Assembly (NCBI GenBank): GCA_040954595.2
Contig: CM082581.2
Location: 9,919,099-9,983,098, forward strand
DNA length: 64,000 bases
Source of the DNA: Balanoglossus misakiensis
Taxonomy: Eukaryota; Animalia; Hemichordata
Direction of reading: 5' to 3'
This document shows, in pieces, positions 1 through 13,839 of the stretch (the stretch's first letter is position 1; every line of letters starts with the position of its first letter). A program made the translations under genes and the position numbers. Below the pieces are notes generated by a model. It was not told where the DNA came from and searched no databases. It saw only the letters and a program-made list of their open reading frames with translations.

Positions 1-3000
1 TCATTTTTTTGAAAAAACCATGGGTTATAGCTCATGAAAATCATCCCAGAAATGACAATTTTTCGACTTTGCGAGATATCAAAATTTTCTTCATTTTTTT
101 GAAAAAACCATGGGTTTATAGCTCATGAAAATCATCCCAAAATGACAATTTTTTCGACTTTGCGAGATATCAAAATTTCTTCATTTTTTGAAAAAACCAT
201 GGGTTATAGCTCATGAAAATCATCCCAGAATGACAATTTTTCGACTTTGCGAGATATCAAAATTCTTCATTTTTTTGAAAAACCATGGGTTATAGCTCAT
301 GAAAATCATCCCAAAATGACAATTTTTCGACTTTGCGAGATATCAAAATTTCTTCATTTTTTTGAAAAAACCATGGGTTATAGCTCATGAAAATCATCCC
401 AAAATGACAATTTTTCGACTTTGCGAGATATCAAAATTTCTTCAATTTTTTTGAAAAAACCATGGGTTATAGCTCATGAAAATCATCCCAGAATGACAAT
501 TTTTCGACTTTCCGAAATATCAAAATTTCTTCATTTTTTTGAAAAAACCATGGGTTATAGCTCATGAAAATCATCCCAGAATGACAATTTTTCGACTTTG
601 CGAGATATCAAAATTTCTTCATTTTTTTGAAAAAACCATGGGTTATAGCTCATGAAAATCATCCCAGAATGACAATTTTTCGACTTTGCGAGATATCAAA
701 ATTTCTTCATTTTTTGAAAAAACCATGGGTTATAGCTCATGAAAATCATCCCAGAATGACAATTTTTCGACTTTGCGAGATATCAAAATTTCTTCAATTT
801 TTTGAAAAAACCATGGGTTATAGCTCATGAAAATCATCCAGAAATGACAATTTTTCGACTTTCGAGATATCAAAATTTCTTCATTTTTTGAAAAAACCAT
901 GGGTTATAGCTCATGAAAATCATCCCAGAATGACAATTTTTCGACTTTGCGAGATATCAAAATTTCTTCATTTTTTTGAAAAAACCATGGGTTATAGCTC
1001 ATGAAAATCATCCCAGAATGACAATTTTTCGACTTTGCGAGATATCAAAATTTCTTCATTTTTTTGAAAAAACCATGGGTTATAGCTCATGAAAATCATC
1101 CCAAAATGACAATTTTTCGACTTTGCGAGATATCAAAAATTTCTTCATTTTTTTGAAAAAACCATGGGTTATAGCTCATGAAATCATCCAGAATGACAAT
1201 TTTTCGACTTTGCGAGATATCAAAATTTCTTCATTTTTTTGAAAAACCATGGGTTATAGCTCATGAAAATCATCCCAGAATGACAATTTTTCGACTTTGC
1301 GAGATATCAAAATTTCTTCATTTTTTTGAAAAAACCATGGGTTATAGCTCATGAAAATCATCCAAATGACAATTTTTCGACTTTGCGAGATATCAAAATT
1401 TCTTCATTTTTTTGAAAAAACCATGGGTTATAGCTCATGAAAATCATCCAGAATGACAATTTTTCGACTTTGCGAGATATCAAAATTTCTTCAATTTTTT
1501 GAAAAAACCATGGGTTATAGCTCATGAAAATCATCCCAGAATGACAATTTTTCGACTTTCCGAGATATCAAAATTTCTTCATTTTTTTGAAAAAACCATG
1601 GGTTATAGCTCATGAAAATCATCCCAGAATGACAATTTTTCGACTTTGCGAGATATCAAAATTTCTTCATTTTTTTGAAAAAACCATGGGTTATAGCTCA
1701 TGAAAATCATCCCAGAATGACAATTTTTCGACTTTGCGAGATATCAAAATTTTCTTCATTTTTTTGAAAAACCATGGGTTATAGCTCATGAAAATCATCC
1801 CAAAATGACAATTTTTCGACTTTGCGAGATATCAAAATTTCTTCATTTTTTTGAAAAAACCATGGGTTATAGCTCATGAAAATCATCCCAGAATGACAAT
1901 TTTTCGACTTTGCGAGATATCAAAATTTCTTCATTTTTTGAAAAAACCATGGGTTATAGCTCATGAAAATCATCCCAAAATGACAATTTTTCGACTTTGC
2001 GAGATATCAAAATTTCTTCATTTTTTTGAAAAAACCATGGGTTATAGCTCATGAAAATCATCCCAGAATGACAATTTTTCGACTTTGCGAGATATCAAAA
2101 TTTCTTCATTTTTTTGAAAAAACCATGGGTTATAGCTCATGAAAATCATCCCAGAATGACAATTTTTCGACTTTGCGAGATATCAAAATTTCTTCATTTT
2201 TTTGAAAAAACCATGGGTTATAGCTCATGAAAATCATCCCAGAATGACAATTTTTCGACTTTGCGAGATATCAAAATTTCTTCATTTTTTTGAAAAAACC
2301 ATGGGTTATAGCTCATGAAAATCATCCCAAAATGACAATTTTTCGACTTTGCGAGATATCAAAATTTCTTCATTTTTTTGAAAAAAACCATGGGTTATAG
2401 CTCATGAAAATCATCCCAGAATGACAATTTTTCGACTTTGCGAGATATCAAAATTTCTTCATTTTTTTGAAAAACCATGGGTTATAGCTCATGAAAATCA
2501 TCCCAGAATGACAATTTTTCGACTTTGCGAGATATCAAAATTTCTTCATTTTTTGAAAAAACCATGGGTTATAGCTCATGAAAATCATCCCAGAATGACA
2601 ATTTTTCGACTTTGCGAGATATCAAAATTTCTTCATTTTTTTGAAAAAAACCATGGGTTATAGCTCATGAAAATCATCCCAGAATGACAATTTTTCGACT
2701 TTGCGAGATATCAAAATTTCTTCATTTTTTTGAAAAAACCATGGGTTATAGCTCATGAAAATCATCCCAGAATGACAATTTTTCGACTTTGCGAGATATC
2801 AAAATTTCTTCATTTTTTTGAAAAAACCATGGGTTATAGCTCATGAAAATCATCCCAGAATGACAATTTTTCGACTTTGCGAGATATCAAAATTTCTTCA
2901 TTTTTTTTGAAAAAACCATGGGTTATAGCTCATGAAAATCATCCCAGAATGACAATTTTTCGACTTTGCGAGATATCAAAATTTCTTCATTTTTTTGAAA

Positions 3001-6000
3001 AAACCATGGGTTATAGCTCATGAAAATCATCCCAGAATGACAATTTTTCGACTTTGCGAGATATCAAAATTTCTTCATTTTTTTGAAAAAACCATGGGTT
3101 ATAGCTCATGAAAATCATCCCAGAATGACAATTTTTCGACTTTGCGAGATATCAAAATTTCTTCATTTTTTTGAAAAAACCATGGGTTATAGCTCATGAA
3201 AATCATCCCAAAATGACAATTTTTCGACTTTGCGAGATATCAAAATTTCTTCATTTTTTTGAAAAAACCATGGGTTATAGCTCATGAAAATCATCCCAGA
3301 AATGACAATTTTTCGACTTTGCGAGATATCAAAATTTCTTCATTTTTTTGAAAAAACCATGGGTTATAGCTCATGAAAATCATCCAGAATGACAATTTTT
3401 CGACTTTGCGAGATATCAAAATTTCTTCATTTTTTTGAAAAAACCATGGGTTATAGCTCATGAAAATCATCCCAGAATGACAATTTTTCGACTTTGCGAG
3501 ATATCAAAATTTCTTCATTTTTTTTGAAAAAAACCATGGGTTATAGCTCATGAAAATCATCCCAGAATGACAATTTTTCGACTTTGCGAGATATCAAAAT
3601 TTCTTCATTTTTTTGAAAAACCATGGTTATAGCTCATGAAAATCATCCAAAATGACAATTTTCGACTTTGCGAGATATCAAAATTTCTTCATTTTTTTGA
3701 AAAAAACCATGGGTTATAGCTCATGAAAATCATCCCAGAATGACAATTTTTCGACTTTGCGAGATATCAAAATTTCTTCATTTTTTTGAAAAAACCATGG
3801 GTTATAGCTCATGAAAATCATCCCAGAATGACAATTTTTCGACTTTGCGAGATATCAAAAATTTCTTCATTTTTTTTGAAAAAACCATGGGTTATAGCTC
3901 ATGAAAATCATCCCAGAATGACAATTTTTCGACTTTGCGAGATATCAAAATTTCTTCATTTTTTTGAAAAAACCATGGGTTATAGCTCATGAAAATCATC
4001 CCAGAATGACAATTTTTCGACTTTGCGAGATATCAAAATTTCTTCATTTTTTTGAAAAAACCATGGGTTATAGCTCATGAAAATCATCCCAGAATGACAA
4101 TTTTTCGACTTTGCGAGATATCAAAATTTCTTCATTTTTTTTGAAAAAACCATGGGTTATAGCTCATGAAAATCATCCCAGAATGACAATTTTTCGACTT
4201 TGCGAGATATCAAAATTTCTTCATTTTTTGAAAAAACCATGGGTTATAGCTCATGAAAATCATCCCAAAATGACAATTTTTCGACTTTGCGAGATATCAA
4301 AATTTCTTCATTTTTTTGAAAAAACCATGGGTTATAGCTCATGAAAATCATCCCAGAATGACAATTTTTCGACTTTGCGAGATATCAAAATTTCTTCATT
4401 TTTTGAAAAAACCATGGGTTATAGCTCATGAAAATCATCCCAGGAATGACAATTTTTCGACTTTCCGAGAATATCAAAATTTCTTTCATTTTTTTGAAAA
4501 ACCATGGGTTATAGCTCATGAAAATCATCCCAGAATGACAATTTTTCGACTTTGCGAGATATCAAAATTTCTTCATTTTTTTGAAAAAACCATGGGTTAT
4601 AGCTCATGAAAATCATCCCAGAATGACAATTTTTCGACTTTGCGAGATATCAAAATTTCTTCATTTTTTTGAAAAAACCATGGGTTATAGCTCATGAAAA
4701 TCATCCCAAAATGACAATTTTTCGACTTTGCGAGATATCAAAATTTCTTCATTTTTTTGAAAAAACCATGGGTTATAGCTCATGAAAATCATCCCAGAAT
4801 GACAATTTTTCGACTTTGCGAGATATCAAAATTTCTTCATTTTTTTGAAAAAACCATGGGTTATAGCTCATGAAAATCATCCCAGAATGACAATTTTTCG
4901 ACTTTGCGAGATATCAAAATTTCTTCATTTTTTTGAAAAAACCATGGGTTATAGCTCATGAAAATCATCCCAAAATGACAATTTTTCGACTTTGCGAGAT
5001 ATCAAAATTTCTTCATTTTTTTGAAAAAACCATGGGTTATAGCTCATGAAAATCATCCCACAATGACAATTTTTCGACTTTGCGAGATATCAAAATTTCT
5101 TCATTTTTTTGAAAAAACCATGGGTTATAGCTCATTAAAATCATCCCAGAATGACAATTTTTCGACTTTGCGAGATATCAAAATTTCTTCATTTTTTTGA
5201 AAAAACCATGGGTTATAGCTCATGAAAATCATCCCAGAATGACAATTTTTCGACTTTGCGAGATATCAAAATTTCTTCATTTTTTTGAAAAAACCATGGG
5301 TTATAGCTCATGAAAATCATCCCAGAATGACAATTTTTCGACTTTGCGAGATATCAAAATTTCTTCATTTTTTTGAAAAAACCATGGGTTATAGCTCATG
5401 AAAATCATCCCACAATGACAATTTTTCGACTTTGCGAGATATCAAAATTTCTTCATTTTTTGAAAAAACCATGGGTTATAGCTCATGAAAATCATACCAA
5501 AATGACAATTTTTCGACTTTGCGAGATATCAAAATTTCTTCATTTTTTTGAAAAAGCATGGGTTATAGCTCATGAAAATCATCCCAGAATGACAATTTTT
5601 CGACTTTGCGAGATATCAAAATTTCTTCATTTTTTTGAAAAACCATGGGTTATAGCTCATGAAAATCATCCCAGAATGACAATTTTTCGACTTTGCGAGA
5701 TATCAAAATTTCTTCATTTTTTTGAAAAAACCATGGGTTATAGCTCATGAAAATCATCCCACAATGACAATTTTTCGACTTTGCGAGATATCAAAATTTC
5801 TTCATTTTTTTGAAAAAACCATGGGTTATAGCTCATGAAAATCATACCAAAATGACAATTTTTCGACTTTGCGAGATATCAAAATTTCTTCATTTTTTTG
5901 AAAAAACCATGGGTTATAGCTCATGAAAATCATCCCAGAATGACAATTTTTCGACTTTGCGAGATATCAAAATTTCTTCATTTTTTTGAAAAAAACCATG

Positions 6001-9000
6001 GGTTATAGCTCATGAAAATCATCCCAGAATGACAATTTTTCGACTTTGCGAGATATCAAAATTTCTTCATTTTTTTGAAAAAACCATGGGTTATAGCTCA
6101 TGAAAATCATCCCAAAATGACAATTTTTCGACTTTGCGAGATATCAAAATTTCTTCATTTTTTGAAAAAACCATGGGTTATAGCTCATGAAAATCATCCC
6201 AGAATGACAATTTTTCGACTTTGCGAGATATCAAAATTTCTTCATTTTTTTGAAAAACCATGGGTTATAGCTCATGAAAATCATCCCAGAATGACAATTT
6301 TTCGACTTTGCGAGATATCAAAATTTCTTCATTTTTTTGAAAAAAACCATGGGTTATAGCTCATGAAAATCATCCCAGAATGACAATTTTTCGACTTTGC
6401 GAGATATCAAAATTTCTTCATTTTTTTTGAAAAAACCATGGGTTATAGCTCATGAAAATCATCCCAGAATGACAATTTTTCGACTTTGCGAGATATCAAA
6501 ATTTCTTCATTTTTTTGAAAAAACCATGGGTTATAGCTCATGAAAATCATCCCAGGAATGACAATTTTTCGACTTTGCGAGATATCAAAATTTCTTCATT
6601 TTTTTGAAAAAACCATGGGTTATAGCTCATGAAAATCATCCCACAATGACAATTTTTCGACTTTGCGAGATATCAAAATTTCTTCATTTTTTGAAAAAAC
6701 CATGGGTTATAGCTCATGAAAATCATACCAAAATGACAATTTTCGACTTTGCGAGATATCAAAATTTCTTCATTTTTTTGAAAAAACCATGGGTTATAGC
6801 TCATGAAAATCATCCCAGAATGACAATTTTCGACTTTGCGAGATATCAAAATTTCTTCATTTTTTTGAAAAAACCATGGGTTATAGCTCATGAAAATCAT
6901 CCCAGAATGACAATTTTCGACTTTGCGAGATATCAAAATTTCTTCATTTTTTTGAAAAAACCATGGGTTATAGCTCATGAAAATCATCCCAAAATGACAA
7001 TTTTTCGACTTTGCGAGATATCAAAATTTCTTCATTTTTTTGAAAAAACCATGGGTTATAGCTCATGAAAATCATCCCAGAATGACAATTTTTCGACTTT
7101 GCGAGATATCAAAATTTCTTCATTTTTTTGAAAAAAACCATGGGTTATAGCTCATGAAAATCATCCCAGAATGACAATTTTTCGACTTTGCGAGATATCA
7201 AAATTTCTTCATTTTTTTGAAAAAACCATGGGTTATAGCTCATGAAAATCATCCCAAAATGACAATTTTTCGACTTTGCGAGATATCAAAATTTCCTCAT
7301 TTTTTTGAAAAAACCATGGGTTATAGCTCATGAAAATCATCCCAAAATGACAATTTTTCGACTTTGCGAGAAATCAAAATTTCTTCATTTTTTTGAAAAA
7401 ACCATGGGTTATAGCTCATGAAAATCATCCCAGAATGACAATTTTTCGACTTTGCGAGATATCAAAATTTCTTCATTTTTTTTGAAAAAAACCATGGGTT
7501 ATAGCTCATGAAAATCATCCCAGAATGACAATTTTTCGACTTTGCGAGATATCAAAATTTCTTCATTTTTTTGAAAAAACCATGGGTTATAGCTCATGAA
7601 AATCATCCCAGAATGACAATTTTTCGACTTTGCGAGATATCAAAATTTCTTCATTTTTTTGAAAAAACCATGGGTTATAGCTCATGAAAATCATCCCAGA
7701 ATGACAATTTTTCGACTTTGCGAGATATCAAAATTTCTTCATTTTTTTGAAAAAACCATGGGTTATAGCTCATGAAAATCATCCCGGAATGACAATTTTT
7801 CGACTTTGCGAGATATCAAAGTTTCTTCATTTTTTTGAAAAAACCATGGGTTATAGCTCATGAAAATCATCCCAGAATGACAATTTTTCGACTTTGCGAG
7901 ATATCAAAATTTCTTCCTTTTTTTGAAAAAACCATGGGTTATAGCTCCTGAAAATCATCCCAGAATGACAATTTTTCGACTTTGCGAGATATCAAAATTT
8001 CTTCATTTTTTTGAAAAAACCATGGGTTATAGCTCATGAAAATCATCCCAGAATGACAATTTTCGACTTTGCGAGATATCAAAATTTCTTCATTTTTTTG
8101 AAAAAACCATGGGTTATAGCTCATGAAATCATCCCAGAATGACAATTTTTCGACTTTGCGAGATATCAAAATTTCTTCATTTTTTTGAAAAAAGCATGGG
8201 TTATAGCTCATGAAAATCATCCCAGAATGACAATTTTTCGACTTTGCGAGATATCAAAATTTCTTCATTTTTTTGAAAAAACCATGGGTTATAGCTCATG
8301 AAAATCATCCCAGAATGACAATTTTTCGACTTTGCGAGATATCAAAATTTCTTCATTTTTTTTGAAAAAACCATGGGTTATAGCTCATGAAAATCATCCC
8401 AGAATGACAATTTTTCGACTTTGCGAGATATCAAAAATTTCTTCATTTTTTTGAAAAAACCATGGGTTATAGCTCATGAAAATCATCCCAGAATGACAAT
8501 TTTTCGACTTTGCGAGATAATCAAAATTTCTTCATTTTTTTGAAAAAACCATGGGTTATAGCTCATGAAAATCATCCCAGAATGACAATTTTTCGACTTT
8601 GCGAGATATCAAAATTTCTTCATTTTTTTGAAAAAACCATGGGTTATAGCTCATGAAAATCATCCCAGAATGACAATTTTTCGACTTTGCGAGATATCAA
8701 AATTTCTTCATTTTTTTGAAAAAACCATGGGTTATAGCTCATGAAAATCATCCCAGAATGACAATTTTTCGACTTTGCGAGATATCAAAATTTCTTCATT
8801 TTTTTGAAAAAAACATGGGTTATAGCTCATGAAAATCATCCCAGAATGACAATTTTTCGACTTTGCGAGATATCAAAATTTCTTCATTTTTTGAAAAAAC
8901 CATGGGTTATAGCTCATGAAAAATCATCCCAGAATGACAATTTTTCGACTTTGCGAGATATCAAAATTTCTTCATTTTTTTGAAAAAACCATGGGTTATA

Positions 9001-12000
9001 GCTCATGAAAATCATCCCAGAATGACAATTTTTCGACTTTGCGAGAAATCAAAATTTCTTCATTTTTTTGAAAAAACCATGGGTTATAGCTCATGGAAAA
9101 TCATCCCAGAATGACAATTTTTCGACTTTGCGAGATATCAAAATTTCTTCATTTTTTTGAAAAAACCATGGGTTATAGCTCATGAAAATCATCCCAGAAT
9201 GACAATTTTTTCGACTTTGCGAGATATCAAAATTTCTTCATTTTTTGAAAAAAGCATGGGTTATAGCTCATGAAAATCATCCCAGAATGGACAATTTTTC
9301 GACTTTGCGAGATATCAAAATTTCTTCATTTTTTTGAAAAAACCATGGGTTATAGCTCATGAAAATCATCCCAGAATGACAATTTTTCGACTTTGCGAGA
9401 TATCAAAATTTCTTCATTTTTTTGAAAAAACCATGGGTTATAGCTCATGAAAATCATCCCAGAATGACAATTTTTCGACTTTGCGAGATATCAAAATTTC
9501 TTCATTTTTTTGAAAAAACCATGGGTTATAGCTCATGAAAATCATCCCAGAATGACAATTTTTCGACTTTGCGAGATATCAAAATTTCTTCATTTTTTTG
9601 AAAAAACCATGGGTTATAGCTCATGAAAATCATCCCAGAATGACAATTTTTTCGACTTTGCGAGATATCAAAATTTCTTCATTTTTTTGAAAAAACCATG
9701 GGTTAAAGCTCATGAAAATCATCCCAGAATGACAATTTTTCGACTTTGCGAGATATCAAAATTTCTTCATTTTTTTGAAAAAACCATGGGTTATAGCTCA
9801 TGAAAATCATCCCAGAATGACAATTTTTTCGACTTTGCGAGATATCAAAATTTCTTCATTTTTTTTGAAAAAAACATGGGTTATAGCTCATGAAAATCAT
9901 CCCAGAATGACAATTTTTCGACTTTGCGAGATATCAAAATTTCTTCATTTTTTGAAAAAACCATGGGTTATAGCTCATGAAAATCATCCCAGAATGACAA
10001 TTTTTCGACTTTGCGAGATATCAAAATTTCTTCATTTTTTTGAAAAAACCATGGGTTATAGCTCATGAAAATCATCCCAGAATGACAATTTTTCGACTTT
10101 GCGAGATATCAAAATTTCTTCATTTTTTTGAAAAAACCATGGGTTATAGCTCATGAAAATCATCCCAGAATGACAATTTTTCGACTTTGCGAGATATCAA
10201 AATTTCTTCATTTTTTTGAAAAAACCATGGGTTATAGCTCATGAAAATCATCCCAGAATGACAATTTTTCGACTTTGCGAGAAATCAAAATTTCTTCATT
10301 TTTTTGAAAAAACCATGGGTTATAGCTCATGAAAATCATCCCAGAATGACAATTTTTCGACTTTGCGAGATATCAAAATTTCTTCATTTTTTTGAAAAAA
10401 CCATGGGTTATAGCTCATGAAAATCATCCCAGAATGACAATTTTTCGACTTTGCGAGAAATCAAAATTTCTTCATTTTTTTTGAAAAAACCATGGGTTAT
10501 AGCTCATGAAAATCATCCAGAATGACAATTTTTCGACTTTGCGAGATATCAAAATTTCTTCATTTTTTTGAAAAAACCATGGGTTATAGCTCATGAAAAT
10601 CATCCCAGAATGACATTTTTCGACTTTGCGAGATATCAAAATTTCTTCATTTTTTTGAAAAAACCATGGGTTATAGCTCATGAAAATCATCCCAGAATGA
10701 CAATTTTTCGACTTTGCGAGATATCAAAATTTCTTCATTTTTTGAAAAAACCATGGGTTATAGCTCATGAAAATCATCCCAGAATGACAATTTTTCGACT
10801 TTGCGAGATATCAAAATTTCTTCATTTTTTTGAAAAAACCATGGGTTATAGCTCATGAAAATCATCCCAGAATGACATTTTTTCGACTTTGCGAGATATC
10901 AAAATTCTTCATTTTTTTGAAAAAACCATGGGTTTATAGCTCATGAAAATCATCCCAGAATGACATTTTTCGACTTTGCGAGATATCAAAATTTCTTCAT
11001 TTTTTTTGAAAAAACCATGGGTTATAGCTCATGAAAATCATCCCAAAATGACAATTTTTCGACTTTGCGAGATATCAAAATTTCTTCATTTTTTTGAAAA
11101 ACCATGGGTTATAGCTCATGAAAATCATCCCAGAATGACAATTTTTCGACTTTGCGAGATATCAAAATTTCTTCATTTTTTTGAAAAAACCATGGGTTAT
11201 AGCTCATGAAAATCATCCCAGAATGACAATTTTTCGACTTTGCGAGATATCAAAATTTCTTCATTTTTTTGAAAAACCATGGGTTATAGCTCATGAAAAT
11301 CATCCAAAATGACAATTTTTCGACTTTGCGAGATATCAAAATTTCTTCATTTTTTTGAAAAAAACCATGGGTTATAGCTCATGAAAATCATCCCAGAATG
11401 ACAATTTTTCGACTTTGCGAGATATCAAAATTTCTTCATTTTTTTGAAAAACCATGGGTTATAGCTCATGAAAAATCATCCAGAATGACATTTTTTCGAC
11501 TTTGCGAAATGAGATATCAAAATTTCTTCATTTTTTTGAAAAAACCATGGGTTATAGCTCATGAAAATCATCCCAGAATGACATTTTTTCGACTTTGCGA
11601 GATATCAAAATTTCTTCATTTTTTTGAAAAAAACCATGGGTTATAGCTCATGAAAATCATCCCAGAATGACAATTTTTCGACTTTGCGAGATATCAAAAT
11701 TTCTTCATTTTTTTGAAAAAACCATGGGTTATAGCTCATGAAAATCATCCCAGAATGACAATTTTTCGACTTTGCGAGATATCAAAATTTCTTCATTTTT
11801 TTGAAAAAACCCATGGGTTATAGCTCATGAAAATCATCCCAGAATGACAATTTTTCGACTTTGCGAGATATCAAAATTTCTTCATTTTTTTGAAAAAACC
11901 ATGGGTTATAGCTCATGAAAATCATCCCAGAATGACATTTTTTCGACTTTGCGAGATATCAAAATTTCTTCATTTTTTTGAAAAAAACATGGGTTATAGC

Positions 12001-13154
12001 TCATGAAAATCATCCCAGAATGACAATTTTTCGACTTTGCGAGATATCAAAATTTCTTCATTTTTTTGAAAAAACCATGGGTTATAGCTCATGAAAATCA
12101 TCCCAGAATGACAATTTTTCGACTTTGCGAGATATCAAAATTTCTTCATTTTTTGAAAAAACCATGGGTTATAGCTCATGAAAATCATCCCAAAATGACA
12201 ATTTTTCGACTTTGCGAGATATCAAAATTTCTTCATTTTTTTGAAAAAACCATGGGTTATAGCTCATGAAAATCATCCCAGAATGACAATTTTTCGACTT
12301 TGCGAGATATCAAAATTTCTTCATTTTTTAAAAAAAACCATGGGTTATAGCTCATGAAAATCATCCCAGAATGACAATTTTTCGACTTTGCGAGATATCA
12401 AAATTTCTTCATTTTTTTGAAAAAACCATGGGTTATAGCTCATGAAAATCATCCCAGAATGACAATTTTTCGACTTTGCGAGATATCAAAATTTCTTCAT
12501 TTTTTTGAAAAATCCATGGGTTATAGCTCATGAAAATCATCCCAGAATGACAATTTTTCGACTTTGCGAGATATCAAAATTTCTTCATTTTTTTGAAAAA
12601 ACCATGGGTTATAGCTCATGAAAATCATCCCAAAATGACAATTTTTCGACTTTGCGAGATATCAAAATTTCTTCATTTTTTTTACAAAACCATGGGTTAT
12701 AGCTCATGAAAATCATCCCAAAATGACAATTTTTCGACTTTGCGAGATATCAAAATTTCTTCATTTTTTTGAAAAAACCATGGGTTATAGCTCATGAAAA
12801 TCATCCCAGAATGACAATTTTTCGACTTTGCGAGATATCAAAATTTCTTCATTTTTTAAAAAAAACCATGGGTTATAGCTCATGAAAATCATCCCAGAAT
12901 GACAATTTTTCGACTTTGCGAGATATCAAAATTTCTTCATTTTTTTGAAAAAACCATGGGTTATAGCTCATGAAAATCATCCCAAAATGACAATTTTTCG
13001 ACTTCGCGAATTTTCAAAATTTGGCCATTTTTTGATAAAAATCATGGGTTATAGCTCATGAAAATCTTCAAAAAATGACAATTTTTCGACTTTGCGAATT
13101 TTCCAAATTTCTTGATTTTTTGAAAAAAATCATGGGTTATAGCTCATGAAAATC
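1..13154. repeat. 88-bp tandem satellite array, ~149 head-to-tail monomers, truncated by the left window edge
   Basis: Consensus GAAAAAACCATGGGTTATAGCTCATGAAAATCATCCCAGAATGACAATTTTTCGACTTTGCGAGATATCAAAATTTCTTCATTTTTTT (88 nt) repeats without interruption or spacers. Most differences are homopolymer-length changes plus a few recurrent substitutions. The last two monomers (~13000-13154) are clearly diverged. Confidence 0.99.
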
Positions 13155-13196
13155 ATCAAGAAATTTTGAAAATTCGCAAAGTCGAAAAATTGTCAT
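13075..13196. repeat. 42-bp inverted repeat capping the satellite array
   Basis: Left arm 13075-13116 is ATGACAATTTTTCGACTTTGCGAATTTTCCAAATTTCTTGAT. Right arm 13155-13196 is ATCAAGAAATTTTGAAAATTCGCAAAGTCGAAAAATTGTCAT, its reverse complement at 41/42 positions. The spacer is 38 nt. Confidence 0.95.
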
Positions 13197-13820
13197 AGTA
13201 TTATAGGTGAAACGTTGTACACGGTATACAAAGAATATAAACGTCAAGTGAAATTTCCCGCGGGCACTTTTTTGAGGGGAAGCCTTTCACCGGATACCCT
13301 CTCCTACGTCATTCGTTCCACCACTTTGTCTATATTTAGCGGTTTGTAAGGTGTGACACGCTCCGACACAATAGAGCACTGTGCTCGACCAAAAAAGAAC
13401 GGATTTGGGAGCTAAAATTAAGTTAGCTCTGATACGGATTACAGAGGAAGGGCTCCGAGGGATCGATCAAAGACCCCAATTAAATCAATAGAATAAGCGA
13501 GGACTATTAGGTCATCTTCGTGATAGACAACTTGTTGATGGACGCTTTTCCCGCCGGTTTTTTTATTCTTTCGAAGGCAGTAATCGGCTTTGCCAGTGCC
13601 TCAAATACGTGACCCAGAGTGCCCCTTTCCCTTTCTTTCATTTCTATTCATCCTTTTCCCTCTTTAGAGTCTCCATGAATGCTTCAGTGACGTATAGTCG
13701 ACGAAAGTAAACATTCGTCCATAGAATGGTCTGGAGGTTATTTCCGGTGCGTAGAACACCGACCGGTTGCATGCATGCACATATCACACGAAAATACCTG
13801 ACCCGACACAGATCAACTAG

Positions 13821-13839
13821 TTTATTGTTGATTTTTATT
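13821..13839 (-). promoter_or_regulatory. Candidate distal polyadenylation signals (two AATAAA) of the MMP21-like gene
   Basis: TTTATT at 13821-13826 and 13834-13839 on plus equals AATAAA on minus, followed on minus by GT-rich sequence (~13779-13810). The minus strand of 13.8-17.1 kb is T-rich, like a 3'UTR. Alternative AATAAA sites at 16874-16879, 14842-14847 and 14471-14476 cannot be excluded. Confidence 0.4.

Noticed and set aside
627-12269. Repetitive ORFs (MKKPWVIAHENHPRMTIFRLCEISKF...) in the ORF track
   Set aside because: They are translations of the 88-bp satellite. The unit is not a multiple of 3, and frames stay open only where homopolymer indels occur.
1-12900. Frequent +/-1 changes in A/T/C/G runs as real monomer variants
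   Set aside because: They cannot be distinguished from long-read consensus homopolymer errors, so substitutions were the main basis for the structure inference.
1-13154. CRISPR-like array
   Set aside because: There are no unique spacers, the monomers are contiguous, no cas genes are present and the context is eukaryotic.
13770-13821. Helitron 3' end (CTAG|T at 13817-13821)
   Set aside because: There is no convincing GC-rich hairpin ~10-12 nt upstream. The site is better explained as a poly(A) region.
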